NCBI GenBank assembly: GCA_963675745.2 | Contig: CAXXWX010000026.1 | Span: forward strand, 128,001 to 192,000 | Reading direction: 5' to 3' | DNA length: 64,000 nt | Source: Phycisphaerae bacterium | GTDB taxonomy: Bacteria; Planctomycetota; Phycisphaerae; UBA1845; Fen-1342 | In this document: positions 1 to 12,400 of the stretch, in pieces | Layout: each line of letters begins with the position of its first letter | How positions within the stretch are numbered: position 1 is the stretch's first letter | Notes under the pieces: model-generated | Seen by the model: the letters and a program-made list of their open reading frames with translations, nothing else | The model's database searches: none | What the model was told of the DNA's origin: nothing | Translations under genes and position numbers: made by a program

Positions 1-1
1 T

Positions 2-1813
2 CACGCCTCGATGCTGCTATACGCCACGCTACACCTGAGCGGCTACGACGTCTCGCTGGACGACATCAGGCAGTTTCGTCAACTCGACAGCCGTACGCCC
101 GGTCATCCCGAGTTCGGCCACCTGCCCGGCGTCGAAACGACCACCGGCCCACTGGGCCAGGGAGCGGCCACCAGTGTCGGCATGGCGGTCGCACAAAAGT
201 GGCTCGCGAGCCGCTTCAACCAGCCGGGACACGCCATCGTCGACTATCGTGTGTACGCCGTGCTCGGCGACGGGTGCATGATGGAGGGTGTGGCGTCGGA
301 GGCGGCTTCGTGGGCGGGGCATCTGGGGCTCGACAACCTTATCTGGTTCTACGACAGCAACAAGATCACAATCGAAGGCGGGACCGACCTGACGTTCAGC
401 GAGGACGTCGGCAAGCGCTTCGAAGCCTACGGCTGGCGCGTTCAGCAGGTCGCCGATATCGAAGACCGCGCCGCCCTCTGCAAGGCGATTGAGACTGCGC
501 AAGCCGGCCGCGGGCAGCCGAATCTCATCATCGTCCGCAGCATCATCGCGCGCGGCGCGCCCACTAAACAAAACACGGCCAAGGCTCACGGCGAACCGCT
601 CGGCGACGAGGAAATCCGCGGCGCCAAGGCGTTTTACGGCTGGCCTTACGACGAGCCTTTTCAGGTTCCGGACGAAGTGCGCACGGCTTGGACCGAGGCG
701 TCCCGGGCGCACGGGGCGGAGATTGAAGCGAACTGGAACAAGGCGTTTGCGGCATACGAGGCGGCCTTCCCGCAACTGGCCGAGGAATGGCGACTGATTC
801 AGCAGCGCGGCCTGCCAAAGGGCTGGGATGCCGATTGGCCCGTATTCGCGCCGGACGCCAAGGGGCTGGCTTCGCGCGCGTCGGGTGGCAAAGTGCTGGT
901 CGCCGCCGCCAAGCGCATTCCGTGGCTGCTCGGCGGCTCCGCCGACCTGGCGCCTTCGACCAAAACGCTGCTCGAGGACACCGTCGATCACCAGGCGGCG
1001 ACGCCCGAAGGTCGCAACATGCGCTTCGGCATCCGCGAGCATGCGATGGCGGCCGCCTGCAACGGCATGGCCCTGTCGGGTCTGCGGCCGTTCGGCGCCA
1101 GCTTCCTCGTCTTTGCCGACTACGCCAGGCCTGCGATCCGTCTCGCCGCGCTTATGCAACAGCCGGTCATCTACGTCTTTACGCACGACAGCGTCGGCGT
1201 CGGGGAGGACGGCCCGACGCATCAGCCGGTCGAACACCTGGCGTCGCTGCGGGCTATTCCCGGTCTCGACGTATTCCGGCCCGGCGACGCAAACGAAGTC
1301 GCGCTGGCCTGGAAGCACGCCATCCAGACGACCGATCGGCCCGTGTTGCTCGCCCTGAGCCGGCAGAGCCTGCCGACGCTCGACCGCGGCAAGTACGCGT
1401 CGGCGGACGGCGTGCTCCGAGGTGGATACGTCGTCGCGGACTGCGATCAGACGCCGGACATCATCCTGATCGGCACCGGCTCCGAGTTGCAGCATTGCAT
1501 CGCAGCGGCCGAGACGCTGGCGGCCGAGGGTGTGGCGGTGCGCGTTGTATCGCTGCCTTGCTGGGAGCTGTTCGACCGACAGGATGAGGCCTACCGCGCG
1601 TCGGTGCTGCCGCCGGCGGTAACCGCCCGCGTCGCGATCGAAGCGGGCGTCGCGCAAGGCTGGGAGAAGTACGTCGGAAGAGATGGGGCGATCATCGCGA
1701 TGTCATCGTTCGGACTGTCTGCCCCCGCCGGCCAGGTAATGCAGCGTTTTGGCCTGACTGCTGAGGGCGTGGTGGCCGCGGCCAGGAAACAACTGGCCCG
1801 AACGCCTCACTGA
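2..1813 (+). CDS. tkt: Transketolase, 5'-truncated by the window edge
   Basis: The frame is open from base 2 (HASMLLY, the conserved GHASMLLY segment). It has TPGHPE, TTGPLGQG, the GDGCMMEG TPP motif, FGIREHAM and THDSVGVGEDGPTHQP. Confidence 0.97.
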   Translation, partial: HASMLLYATLHLSGYDVSLDDIRQFRQLDSRTPGHPEFGHLPGVETTTGPLGQGAATSVGMAVAQKWLASRFNQPGHAIVDYRVYAVLGDGCMMEGVASEAASWAGHLGLDNLIWFYDSNKITIEGGTDLTFSEDVGKRFEAYGWRVQQVADIEDRAALCKAIETAQAGRGQPNLIIVRSIIARGAPTKQNTAKAHGEPLGDEEIRGAKAFYGWPYDEPFQVPDEVRTAWTEASRAHGAEIEANWNKAFAAYEAAFPQLAEEWRLIQQRGLPKGWDADWPVFAPDAKGLASRASGGKVLVAAAKRIPWLLGGSADLAPSTKTLLEDTVDHQAATPEGRNMRFGIREHAMAAACNGMALSGLRPFGASFLVFADYARPAIRLAALMQQPVIYVFTHDSVGVGEDGPTHQPVEHLASLRAIPGLDVFRPGDANEVALAWKHAIQTTDRPVLLALSRQSLPTLDRGKYASADGVLRGGYVVADCDQTPDIILIGTGSELQHCIAAAETLAAEGVAVRVVSLPCWELFDRQDEAYRASVLPPAVTARVAIEAGVAQGWEKYVGRDGAIIAMSSFGLSAPAGQVMQRFGLTAEGVVAAARKQLARTPH

Positions 1814-1879
1814 CGGCCTTCCATCTCGCAGAACCACGCGCTTATCACGGCACACGTGGAGCGCCACACGTACGACACA

Positions 1880-4477
1880 TCAACGAAGCTTGGGACCGGC
1901 CCGCCGAGTGGTGGCTGTTCGCGGCGTGCCGGTTTCGGCCCGCGCTGTGCCGGACTCGACGCACTCCAGTTTGGCCCAGAAGCCGGCGTAAGGCGGGCTT
2001 TCGCCGGTGAAGATTTGTCCACATCCCCACGGGGCCTCGTCCGATCCGAACAAGTCGGCCGTGTAGCCCGTTTCCGCGGAACCGGCCACGATCCACCCAG
2101 CCTGAGCCGTCGAGAATGACACAACCATCCACACCGAGTCAGGTATGGTAGCCGGAGCGGCGGCCAGATCGGCCGTCAGAACATACACGTACTCATCGTC
2201 AGGGATACCATTCCAGGTGAACGTCGTACCGGCGATGATGCTCCCGCCGTTACCGGGACAATCCGTGTACAGGGAGACCGTCGCATCGAACGCCCCCCCG
2301 CCGTTGTTGCCGCCGTACGCCGCCAACTCGTAGGACACCAGTTTGCGGGCTCCGAGGCCCGTCAGCGTCATGTCGTCGGCGAGGTCCGCGCCGTTGCCGT
2401 AGAAGCTGGTGATGGGATCGATCTCGTTACTGTAGCGGCCGAAGGGACAGATGACGGCGGCGCAGGTGTCGCCGTCTCCGTGGTACTCACCGCCGGCGGC
2501 CACGCAAGCGGCCTCGGTCACCTCCGTGCAGACGCCGTCGGCATCACAGCAGGCTCCAGTAAAGGTCGTCGCGGTATCGAACGCCGGCTGGAACTGAGCG
2601 AAGTCGTGCACATCCACGTCCCCGTCGGGCTCGAAATCGCCGCACGCGCAACCCGGCAACAAACCGCCGCCCGGTCCGGCCAGACACGCCGTAAGCTCCA
2701 CGAAGTCCCCCACATCGATCGCCGCGTCTCCATTCCAGTCACCGGTGATACGCTCGCTGACCAACACGTTGTCCGCGCTCTCACAGCCGCCGTCGCAGGA
2801 GGCGTGCAGCGTATAGGTGCCCGCGGCGTCCACCGTGGGGGTAAGTGTGTCCGCGCCGGAAACGATGTTCCCACCGGCGGACGTCGTCCAGGAAATGCTG
2901 AGGCTGCCGGCACATCCGGCGGCGCTGCCGTTCAACTGCAACGGGCCACCTTCGCAAGGCAGGCTCGTAGTAGCGCCGGCGTCAACGGCCGGGCCGGAAT
3001 CGTCCAGGGCCACGATCACGCTGTCTATCGCAGCGCATGCGCCACATGAGGTGGTCAGGAAATACTGCCCGGGAGCACTCACCGTAGGCGAAAACGTGTC
3101 CGCTCCGGACACCACGCACAACCCGGACCATGAAGGGGAATGGTCGCCGGGGCAACTGCCGCCGCTGCCGCCACTGGCGTTACCCTCCAGCACAGCGGTC
3201 CCATCGGGACACAGCGTCTTGTCGGGGCCGGCGTCGGCCGAGGGTGCGGTGCAGGTGGGGCATCCGTTGTCGAGCACCAGCAGCAGGTCGTCGAACGCCG
3301 CGCCGTTGGCGGACGACGATCCGGACGAGAACTTGAGACGCACGTCGGCTAATCCCACGAAGTCGCCCAGGTCCAGGCACTCGGCGACACAACCGCCGGC
3401 AAAGCTGAAAGGCGCGTTCCAGACGGTCGAGAATGACCCGCCGCCGTCGATGCTGATTTCGATTCGCGGGCCCAGGCTGCCGCCGGTCTTGGTGTACGCG
3501 AAGTTCAGCGACGCCGCCGCGGCTGTGCTCAGGTCCAGACACGTGGTGGTCGCGGCCGAATACGGGTAACCGGTATTGAAGCTCATCGCGTAGTCGCCGG
3601 AGCCGCCGCAAGCCGTCCCGGATGTGATCCACGGCCCGTAGCCTTCACAGGTCTCAAACTTCGCGGGCCAGAGATCGCACACGGAACCGGACTGGAAGTA
3701 GTTGCCGAAGTCGGCGTTGAACTCGGTAGCACAACCGCCGCCGCCGCACGTGCCGCAGCCGAAACTGTCCACTTCGGCGACACACTGCGCATCCCACTCT
3801 ATCTCGCAGCAGTAGGCATCCTGCGCGCACACGCACGCTTCGACAACGGGGTCATCGCACCCGGGTCCGCCGATCTCGCAACATCCGTGGTCCGGCTGCG
3901 TGCCGGCACAATCGCACGTCTCCAGCGACACGCGCACGTTGTCGAGGAAGAACGCGTTGGTGCTGGGTAGCCCGTGGTCGAACTTCCAGTACACAGAGCG
4001 CTCTCCCTCAGACAACGTCACAACATGCTCCGCCGAGTAACACACGCCGTCAGGGAGATCGAGGCTGCCCGCGTAGTTGTCAATGGACGCCGAGCAGTTC
4101 AAAGTGGTGTCGGGGGAAGTGGCATACTTCAGCACCGTCCCGGTGGTGGCGAACTCCCCGAAGTCGAACTCCAGCTTGACCGCGGTGCAGCCGGCCCAGC
4201 CAACGTGGACCCAGATGATCGGGTCGTGAGAGGAGGAATTCAGGCGATAAGTATTGCCGGTCAAGCATAACTCGCTGCTCGACACGGAGGCGCCGCTCTC
4301 GCACCATTCCACGCGGTAGGTTCCGTTATCGAAATCCACCGGCCCACCGAAGGATGCGAAGCCCTCGAAGTACAACTCACAGAACTGCCCCAACGCGCTG
4401 CCCGAGCACAGCAACAGAAGAGCCAGCGCGGTCGCGGTGCGCAGTTGTGCGTGACGTCGATGCGTGCAATCCGGCAT
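1880..4477 (-). CDS. Secreted Cys-rich multidomain protein with PKD-like domains and an internal dockerin-like pair; function unknown
   Basis: It has a signal peptide (ALALLLLCSGSALG), a Cys-rich module (CC..C.D..C.VC..D..CC..WD..C) and two ADAGPD/VDAG PKD-like units. The EF-hand/dockerin-like pair is GDWNGDAAIDVGDF...DFEPDGDVDVHDFAQFQ, followed by a GACC...C...C...GG.YHGDG..C module. Confidence 0.8.
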   Translation of the reverse strand: MPDCTHRRHAQLRTATALALLLLCSGSALGQFCELYFEGFASFGGPVDFDNGTYRVEWCESGASVSSSELCLTGNTYRLNSSSHDPIIWVHVGWAGCTAVKLEFDFGEFATTGTVLKYATSPDTTLNCSASIDNYAGSLDLPDGVCYSAEHVVTLSEGERSVYWKFDHGLPSTNAFFLDNVRVSLETCDCAGTQPDHGCCEIGGPGCDDPVVEACVCAQDAYCCEIEWDAQCVAEVDSFGCGTCGGGGCATEFNADFGNYFQSGSVCDLWPAKFETCEGYGPWITSGTACGGSGDYAMSFNTGYPYSAATTTCLDLSTAAAASLNFAYTKTGGSLGPRIEISIDGGGSFSTVWNAPFSFAGGCVAECLDLGDFVGLADVRLKFSSGSSSANGAAFDDLLLVLDNGCPTCTAPSADAGPDKTLCPDGTAVLEGNASGGSGGSCPGDHSPSWSGLCVVSGADTFSPTVSAPGQYFLTTSCGACAAIDSVIVALDDSGPAVDAGATTSLPCEGGPLQLNGSAAGCAGSLSISWTTSAGGNIVSGADTLTPTVDAAGTYTLHASCDGGCESADNVLVSERITGDWNGDAAIDVGDFVELTACLAGPGGGLLPGCACGDFEPDGDVDVHDFAQFQPAFDTATTFTGACCDADGVCTEVTEAACVAAGGEYHGDGDTCAAVICPFGRYSNEIDPITSFYGNGADLADDMTLTGLGARKLVSYELAAYGGNNGGGAFDATVSLYTDCPGNGGSIIAGTTFTWNGIPDDEYVYVLTADLAAAPATIPDSVWMVVSFSTAQAGWIVAGSAETGYTADLFGSDEAPWGCGQIFTGESPPYAGFWAKLECVESGTARAETGTPRTATTRRAGPKLR

Positions 4478-4550
4478 GGCTTCTTCCTCCGCTTACGCAA
4501 CGGCCTGCTGCGTCATACTCAGGGGTGGAACTCGAATGTCCCAGATACTC

Positions 4551-4559
4551 AGTATAGCA
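4551..4559 (-). promoter_or_regulatory. Possible extended -10 promoter element (TGcTATACT)
   Basis: The minus strand reads TGCTATACT about 75 nt upstream of the ATG at 4477. No good -35 element was seen. Confidence 0.3.
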
Positions 4560-4741
4560 ACCCTCCGGCGGCCGCAGGTTGGAGTCTTGCCAGTGGTGGT
4601 TTAAGCACCTGTCACCACCGGAATTAGCGGCGTATCTCGTGTGTGTTGGGCCGAGGCTTCAACCAGCCGTTTCCACGCCAGTTCTCGACGTCGCCCCGCC
4701 GACTCCCCGCATGGTGTGGGAAACAGAAGGTCCAGGACGAC

Positions 4742-4780
4742 AACAGCGGAGCGCGTGTTCAAAACACGCACTCCGCCGTT
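4742..4780 (-). terminator. Stem-loop downstream of the S8 protease gene, possible terminator
   Basis: Minus strand AACGGCGGAGTGCGTGTT-TTG-AACACGCGCTCCGCTGTT forms an 18-bp stem. Its two mismatches are G-U pairs only on the minus strand. There is no long U tail. Confidence 0.45.
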
Positions 4781-4870
4781 GGTCACTCTTCCGCTGTTGC
4801 TCCCGGCACCTGCTACGGTACAAGCGCCAGCCGTGCCGGGGCGGGCATCTTGCGCGTCAGCGCCTCGACA

Positions 4871-7800
4871 TTAGAACTCGATCGTCACGCTGTTTGAGCA
4901 TTGGGTGGCGCTACCTTCCTCGCATACCTCGTAGGTAAACGAGCCGGTAATGTCCTTGCCCAGGCTATCGCGATAGGCACCGTCATTGGTCGTTGTCGCA
5001 ATTAAGGCGCCGTTGCGATATATGTCCACGTTGGCCCCTACCGCGCCGGTCCATTCGAGATCGACCGTCTGCTTCTGGCCCAGCTTAAAGCCCACGCCAG
5101 TGAGCACGATGCCGGGACTGTCGGGCGTCGTTGCGCTGGCGGTGTTCGAGTACGCCGAGTCGCCGAACCCGTTGGTGGCCCGGACGCGATAGAAGTAGGT
5201 CGTCAGCGCGGACAGGCCGCTGTCAGAGTACGTAGTGACGTTCGCCCCAACCGTGTCGATGGTCGCCCAGGACGCACCATCGAGAGAGCGGTCGATCTCA
5301 AACCCGGACTCGTTGTCCGCGTTGTCGGTCCACCCGAGATCGATCTGGTTGTATGCGACCGCCGTCGCTCCCAGGGCGCTCGGGGCCGCCGGCGGGTCGC
5401 CCGGTCCCGTGTCGGAACGAATGAACATGTGATCGACATAGAGACTGTCCAGCACACGGTTGCCGCTGGTCTGGTCGGTGTCAACCACGCGGATGTACAC
5501 GGTGCCGGCGGTTGATGCTGGCAACGTAAAGGACTGGTACGCGCCGTCATCGCTGGTCTTGACCACCGTGACCATGGGGGTGTAGCTCGCATCGTCGGTC
5601 GAATAAGCGAAGATGAAATGGTCACCCTCGCTCGTCGGATCCTGATACGCGTTGAGATAGAACGTAACCGCGGTGCCGCCGGTCACGTTGATGGTCCACT
5701 TATGCTCCAGGTAGCTGTAGCGGTTCTGCGGCTTGCCGCCCGACTCGCGCTCAGTGAGTATCTCGCTCACGCCGTTGTCGGTCTGCGTGTCCACATACGA
5801 ACCGGATACCGAGCCCTGGACCGGCACGTCAGCGTTGGCAACGTCGTCCACATACTCCGGCGTTTCAGCGACCGTCACCGTTAGTTGATCGCTGGCGGTC
5901 AGAGCGCTGTCGTCGGCTTCCAGTTGAAGCACGTAAGTGCCGGCCGTGTCGAACTGCGCGGTCGTGTCCTCCGTGTTAGCGTCGCCGAACGTCACCGTAC
6001 CCGGGCCACTGACCTTGCTCCACGTAACCGTGAATGCCGCCGGCGGATCGGGCAGGCCATCGTCGGTCACCGTTCCGTCGAGATTCGCGGTCTCCTGGAG
6101 CCCGATCGACTGATCCGGACCGGCGTCAACCGTCGGCGCCTGGTTCGGGCCATCAACCGTGATCGTCACATCGTCGCTCGCCGTCAACTCGCTGTCATCG
6201 GCGGTAAGCCGCAAGACATATGTGCCGGCAATGCTGAACGCCGCGTTTGTATCCTCTACGTTGGCGTCACCGAACGTCACCGTGCCCGGGCCGCTGACCT
6301 TGCTCCACGTAACCGTGAATGCAGCCGGCGGGTTGGGCAGACCGTCGTCGGTCACGGTCCCGTCCAGGTTAGCGACGGCCGGCAGCGTTACGCTCTGATC
6401 GACGCCTGCATTAACACTCGGCGGCTGGTTTGTGATTGTGACCGTGATGACCACATCATCACTTGCCGTCAGTTCGCTATCATCGGCCGTGAGCCGCAGG
6501 GTATATGTGCCGGCAGCGCTGAACGAGGCGGTCGTGTCCTCCGCATTGGCGTCGCCGAACGTCACCGTACCCGGGCCACTAACCTTGCTCCACGTAACCG
6601 TGAATGCCGCCGGCGGGTCGGGCAGACCGTCGTCGGTCACCGTCCCGTCGAGATTCGCGGTCTCCTGGAGCCCGCTCGACTGATCCGTACCTGCATCCAC
6701 CGTCGGCGCCTGGTTCGGGCCATCAACCGTGATCGTCACGTCGTCGCTCGCCGTCAACTCGCTGTCATCGGCGGTAAGCCGCAAGACATATGTGCTCGCA
6801 ACGCTGAACGCGGCTGTCGTGTCCTCGGCATTGGCGTCACCGAACGTCACCGTGCCCGGACCACTGACCTTGCTCCAGGTAACCGTAAACGCGGCCGGCG
6901 GGTTGGGCAGACCATCGTCGGTCACCGTGCCATCCAGGCTTGCGACAGCCGGCAGCGTTACGCTTTGATCAACGCCGGCGTTAACGCTGGGCGGCTGGTT
7001 GACCGGCTCACCGGTCAACCTGGGCGCTGCACAGATCGAGAACGCCTGGGGGCCCTGCGGCACGCTGTACCCTGTTACTTGCACTGTCCACGTGCCCGCC
7101 GCCGGGTTGTTCACCAATACCTGCTCGATGTTGTTTACATGATCGGCCTGCGTCTGGACCGCGGGCGAACTCGGGCTGGCCGGGTTGAGCGTCCATGGAT
7201 ACGCCGGGTGACCGAGCGGATCGAGCACCACCAAGTCCAGGTCATTCACGAGGGCCGGGTTGACGTTCGGCGTGCCGGGGTGATCGTCCCAGGCCAAAGT
7301 CACTTTCAGCAGCGACTCGCCGGCGTTTACGGTGATCGGGTAGGTGACCGTTCCGCCCTGGCTCACCTGATTCTCTTCGAACGCGCCGCTGCGCATGAAA
7401 TCGATAGTGTCCTGGACGCGCACCGAGCCATAGCCGTAAACGTAATCCGGCCCGGTGTTACCCAGATCGACGGCTGTATGCGCGAGCAGGATCTTGCATG
7501 TCGAGTTGCGCGGCGCCGGTGCGGATGGGAACTGGGCGTAGTAATCCTCGAGCACCAGCACGAGGCAACCCGTCACGGTTGGAGCGGCCATCGATGTACC
7601 ACACAGCGTGGTGTATGCCGTGTCGCTCGATGAGTAGCATGATGTGACGCCGTAGTCGCTGCTGCTTTGGCAGCCGGGGCCCACGATGTCGGGTTTGAGG
7701 CGTCCATCGTCAACCGGCCCCCAACTGCTGAAACTGGTCATGGTGTCATTGTTCGAATTGATGGCGCCGACGCAGATGTGGTTCTTTGCGCCGGATGGCG

Positions 7801-9025
7801 GAGCGGTGCTGTAGTAATCGCCATAGCCTTCGATGTCGCAGCGGCTGCCCTGTCGCTCGTTGCCGGCGGACCAGACAACGCGGAACGGAGCACCCAGGCT
7901 CCCGCCGACGATGGCGTCGATCAGCGCCGACGTCACGCCGTAGTCGCCCTGGATCGAACACGAGAACCCGTTCGTTTCGGTGTTGGTGCCGATCGAGTTA
8001 TTCGCGATTTCGGCGCCGTATGTGTTGATCGCCTGGTTGTAATCAGATTCGAGATCGCCCGGGTTGCTGTAGAGGAAGATGCCGCTGCCATCGTACTGGA
8101 ACCCGTACGACACCATCGTGACTCCCGGAGCCATCCCCGCATAGGTGCCACCGCTGGCGGCGCCGCTGCCTCCGACGGTGCCCGCGACGTGCGTCGAATG
8201 ATAGTGCGTGCCGGAGCTGTCACGCACGGTCAGCCGTCCGCCGAAATCGTCGTGCGAAGCGCGTGCCGTTCCGCCGTCGTAGATCATCGCGGTAATCCCC
8301 GAGCCATCCAGGCCGTACGGGGCGGCTTGCACCGTGTCCGCTTGCACGCGCGTCCGGTTGTTGTCGTTGGTCACGGTCATATAGGGCAACGGCGGTTCGA
8401 TCCACATCACCGCGTCGGTATCGGCCAGCGCTTCGAGGTTGGCCCGCGGCAGTTCGATCACCAGGCCGTTCAGCGAAGCAATCTCGGATACGATCAGCGC
8501 GCCGTGCTGCTCCGCGATGGCGAGCCCGTCGTCATACAGCGACACGTCACCATGGAACAGCACATATGCCGCTACAAACTCCTCATCGGTGAGCGGATCA
8601 ACGCCGACTGCGAACTCGGGGTATGCGTTATTGAGGATCGCGGGTGCGAGCTTGTGGGCCCGCGCGATGCCCTGTGCGGCGCGCAATGAGGAGACCGCGC
8701 CGATGGCGCCGGCATCGCAATCTTGTCGCAGCGCGGCGAAGAAGGCGTGATCTCCCAGGTAATTCAACAGACTCAATCCGGCGTCTTTGAGTTCGGCGCG
8801 CTCAGCCGGCGTCACGGGACGCTCAAACTCAACGATTACATGCCGTTCAGCCGGTCGTTCGGCGAGCGCGGTCAACGCTTCGTGGACGGCAACCTGCGCT
8901 TGCGGGCCGTTCGCGACCGCCTCGGCTCTCCAATGAACCGCGGCGGGCACAGGGCGCGCGGCTAGAATCACCATCCCGACACCGACTATGCCGGCGAACA
9001 TCACACGATTCACTCTTGCTCCCAT
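4871..9025 (-). CDS. Secreted subtilisin-like S8 serine protease with four PKD-like repeats and an FN3 domain
   Basis: It has a signal peptide and the catalytic triad motifs [15 protein letters not shown] and GTSMAAP, plus [14 protein letters not shown]. These are followed by an LKVTLAWDD...NDLDL domain, 4 x NQ.P.V.AG.DQ repeats and an FN3 domain (PAAPSAL...LGW...YFYRVRATN). Confidence 0.93.
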   Translation of the reverse strand: MGARVNRVMFAGIVGVGMVILAARPVPAAVHWRAEAVANGPQAQVAVHEALTALAERPAERHVIVEFERPVTPAERAELKDAGLSLLNYLGDHAFFAALRQDCDAGAIGAVSSLRAAQGIARAHKLAPAILNNAYPEFAVGVDPLTDEEFVAAYVLFHGDVSLYDDGLAIAEQHGALIVSEIASLNGLVIELPRANLEALADTDAVMWIEPPLPYMTVTNDNNRTRVQADTVQAAPYGLDGSGITAMIYDGGTARASHDDFGGRLTVRDSSGTHYHSTHVAGTVGGSGAASGGTYAGMAPGVTMVSYGFQYDGSGIFLYSNPGDLESDYNQAINTYGAEIANNSIGTNTETNGFSCSIQGDYGVTSALIDAIVGGSLGAPFRVVWSAGNERQGSRCDIEGYGDYYSTAPPSGAKNHICVGAINSNNDTMTSFSSWGPVDDGRLKPDIVGPGCQSSSDYGVTSCYSSSDTAYTTLCGTSMAAPTVTGCLVLVLEDYYAQFPSAPAPRNSTCKILLAHTAVDLGNTGPDYVYGYGSVRVQDTIDFMRSGAFEENQVSQGGTVTYPITVNAGESLLKVTLAWDDHPGTPNVNPALVNDLDLVVLDPLGHPAYPWTLNPASPSSPAVQTQADHVNNIEQVLVNNPAAGTWTVQVTGYSVPQGPQAFSICAAPRLTGEPVNQPPSVNAGVDQSVTLPAVASLDGTVTDDGLPNPPAAFTVTWSKVSGPGTVTFGDANAEDTTAAFSVASTYVLRLTADDSELTASDDVTITVDGPNQAPTVDAGTDQSSGLQETANLDGTVTDDGLPDPPAAFTVTWSKVSGPGTVTFGDANAEDTTASFSAAGTYTLRLTADDSELTASDDVVITVTITNQPPSVNAGVDQSVTLPAVANLDGTVTDDGLPNPPAAFTVTWSKVSGPGTVTFGDANVEDTNAAFSIAGTYVLRLTADDSELTASDDVTITVDGPNQAPTVDAGPDQSIGLQETANLDGTVTDDGLPDPPAAFTVTWSKVSGPGTVTFGDANTEDTTAQFDTAGTYVLQLEADDSALTASDQLTVTVAETPEYVDDVANADVPVQGSVSGSYVDTQTDNGVSEILTERESGGKPQNRYSYLEHKWTINVTGGTAVTFYLNAYQDPTSEGDHFIFAYSTDDASYTPMVTVVKTSDDGAYQSFTLPASTAGTVYIRVVDTDQTSGNRVLDSLYVDHMFIRSDTGPGDPPAAPSALGATAVAYNQIDLGWTDNADNESGFEIDRSLDGASWATIDTVGANVTTYSDSGLSALTTYFYRVRATNGFGDSAYSNTASATTPDSPGIVLTGVGFKLGQKQTVDLEWTGAVGANVDIYRNGALIATTTNDGAYRDSLGKDITGSFTYEVCEEGSATQCSNSVTIEF
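5870..7002 (-). repeat. Intragenic tandem duplication with a 570-bp period (A-B-A-B PKD-like domain pairs)
   Basis: Nearly identical blocks are offset by 570 nt, e.g. CGTCGGCGCCTGGTTCGGGCCATCAACCGTGATCGTCAC at 6131 and 6701. Ends are approximate. Confidence 0.85.
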
Positions 9026-9482
9026 TAGGGTTCTCCTCTCGCGAACGCGTTCTGCCCGCCATCACGCATTGCCCGTGCGTTTGTACGATTGTATCAAGCA
9101 TGTGGTCACAATCGGGCAACAACTAACGACGGTGAAGATTCGGTCGCCGCTGCTGCGCGCAGTCATCTCTGCCGGCACGCGCGCAAGCGAATATGCACCC
9201 CGGGCATAACTTCACTGTAGTGCTTGGTTTACACAGCGCAGCACGCCACTGAGCGACCAACCATGGCCACCGGCCCACGACGGCCACGGTAACCAGATTC
9301 CATCAGGAATAGTGTCTGTTTGATTCGCCCCGTCCTCCGCGACAAAGAAAGGCTGGCGCGATTTGCGTTAGAGCGGGACAACCCTGGCGATATGACGTCT
9401 TGTGAGATGTGATCGAGAGCCTGTATTACTGAACCCGCAACCACCGCGCAGCCATGCACCACACACCGCCGTCCCGTGTACG

Positions 9483-12400
9483 CTAATCCGGATCTCCGTA
9501 CAGCACGAAGGCGGACCAGTAGTATGGGTGTTCGTACGGGTGGACCGCGTCATCCGGTTCCGGCGGTCGTTGATGGGCCACTTCAGTACCGCGCTCTACC
9601 GCCGGCCCACCAACACTCATGGCGAGCGGACCGCTGCTCTGTAGCTCGCGCACCTCGGCTCGTGTCGCACAGCGCAGCCAGTGTTTCGCTTCGCGCAGCG
9701 CTGCGGCTTTCGGCATGGCAGCGCCGGCGTCATACGTGCGACCAGCAACCGCGCGCGGCGTGTCGAAGCGCCCCAGCAGGTTCTCGTAGAACCGCGTCAT
9801 CAGCAGCGCCGTCGCCGTGTCATCAACCTTCCACAGACTCAGCACCAGGCTGCGCGCCCCCGCCGCGAACAGCGCTTGTGAGAATCCCAGAAAGCCCTCA
9901 CCGCCGCCGGCCTTGCCCAACGCGGTCTGACACGCGCTGAGGGTCACCAGATCCGCGTCCAGCTTCCAGTTGCGGGCGATCTGGTCGGCGGTCAGTCGGT
10001 TGTCGTAGACCCGCCGATCTGCCGGCGCTGTCGCGGGAGAATCCGACGGTTCGTCTTGCGCCAGCAGCAGGGCCGAGCGCATCGAGACCTGATCATCCAT
10101 CACGCCATGTGTCGCGAAGTGGAGGACGCGATAGGTCTGCAACTCACCAGAGTTGGACAGTTCCTCGAGTTTGTGCTCGCTGGCGGCGGCGCCCAGGAGA
10201 ATCGTGGGCGGCTCAGTGGCTGGTAGCCCCTCAAACAGCTTCGCGACCGCGGCGACCTCGCGACGTGACGCCGGCAACGGAGCATAAGACTCGCCACGGA
10301 CGGCCAGCGCACGGGCCAAACGGTGTCGGGCGTTGACGGCATCGGCAACCGGCTGCCGGCTTACGCGCAGGCCGACTTTGCCCGGCGCCACCGACAAGGA
10401 TCGCGTCTGGCCGTCGCGCCACACCTGCACCGGCACGCGCGCCGGTGCAACCTCGGTAGCCGCCGCGCTTGCCTGGTCACCGGCGTCGGAATGCTCACCG
10501 GGCGCCGCGCGGCGCTGGGCGGCGGACTTTATCGCCGGTCCAAGGTCACGGGCGGTCGCCAGTTGCTGGCCATCATAGCTGAGGACAACGTCGCCGGCTC
10601 TCAAACCGCCGCGCTCGGCGTTGGAGCCGGGCAGCACGCTGGCAACCAGTACGCCGTACTCCGGCGGCTCGGACTCGGCGTCGGCATGCTTGTCCCGCTG
10701 CGGGAAGGCCGGATCACCCAGAGCTAGCAACGAGCGCCGGCCCTGCTGTTTTCCCGGTTCAGTATCCTGCCGCCGTTTTTCCACCAGCCACGCGTGCATC
10801 GTCCCGGATGGTGCATAGCTGACCGTGTACTCATCCGTCAGCACCTCGATCGGAATAGGGCTCATCACCCCGGCCGGCAGGATGATCAACTGCTTCACCG
10901 GCGGCCTGGCCGCACCACCTGCGAGGTGTGGTTGTATGGGGGCGATCCGCTGCGCGTACACCCGCTGAATGAGCTCTTCACGTGCCGCCGCCGTGCCGCC
11001 GCCCACCTGGCTGAGGGCGTTGCGGAGCTGGGGAAGCAGTTGGCTGTCCGCCTTGGTCCACGCGCCATCTTCACCACTGCCGGGCAGCTTGACCCAGGCG
11101 GGTGTACCCTGATGCCGCACCACGCAGGCCCAGTGCTCGTCGCCGGCGGAGTTGGCAAGGGCCGTGCTGTTAACATCGAGCCAGGCCACCAGGGCCGCGT
11201 CGATGGGAATCTCGCGTTGGATTTGGGACAGCTCGCGGACCTCGCCGGCCGTGGGACCGTGCCGCTCCCGCATCGTGAGGTTGAACCGAATGAGCTCGGC
11301 CTTGAGCGTCTCGCGCTCGCGCTCCAGCGTGTCGAGCAAGGCATCGCGCTCAGACGTTGCGGGCTTGGCGCGCATGACCGCGATGCGCTCATCCAACCGG
11401 CCGAAGCGACCGACCATGTTCTGTTCGGTCTCGCGCTCCGTCTTCGTCAACGGCCGTGCCTGGCGAAAGGCGATTTCGTCGAGCACGCCGCGTGCGAAGT
11501 GCGCCTCCAGGTGTTGAAAGGCAGCCGCCGGACGATCGAGGTACGCTTGAACGGCGGCGAGGGCGGTGAGCGGTGTGCCGCGCAGCTTGGCCCGTTCGAG
11601 ACCGCCGCTGGCGCTGGCGTGCAGGCGCGCCTTTTCAAACAGCTCGGCGGCTTCGATCAGCAGCGTCTCGGCCTCCGCGTACTCGCCGTTGTCCTTCAGC
11701 AGGATCGCCAGGTTCATCAGGCTGCGCACCGTGTCCGTGTGCTCGCGGCGTGCCGATTCGCGGATCACCGCCAGCGCCTCGCGCAGCAAGTGCTCCGCCG
11801 CCTCAGAATCACCTCTGTCGCGTAGCAGGCCGGCCAGGTTATTCAGCGAATACACGACGTCCGGGTGGTCCGGCCCCAACAGCCGGCGTCGCATGGCCAA
11901 CGCCTCTCGGAGCAACGGCTCGGCCGCGTCGTAATCCCCCTTGGCCGCCAGCAGCGACGCCAGGTTGTGCAGAGTGGCGGCTACGTCCGGGTGCTCATCG
12001 CCCAGCAACTTCCGGCGCAACGCCAGCGCTTCGCGGTAGATCGGCTCGGCCGCCTCGTAATCGCCTTTCTGCTTCAGCAACAACGCCAGGCTGGTGAGGC
12101 TGAGCGCCACGTCCGGATGCTCGTCGCCGAGTAAGCGGCGTTTCATCGCCAGCGCCTCGCGATAAAGCTGTTCGGCCGCGGTGTCGTCGCCTCGGACGTG
12201 CAGCACGTACGCCAGGTTGTGCAGACTGCTCGCCACCTCCGGATGATCGTCGCCCAATGCGCGGCGCCGCCCCGCCAGCACCTCGCGCCTGTACGCCTCG
12301 GCTTCGGCGAACCTGCCCATATCGTCCAGCAGTCCGGCCAGATTATTGAGCGAGGTCAACGTGTTTGGATTGTCCTCACCCAGCACGTGTCGACGTCTGT

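Noticed and set aside
29..1657. 542-aa minus-strand ORF and similar overlapping ORFs throughout the window
   Set aside because: They are shadow frames of real genes, typical of high-GC DNA.
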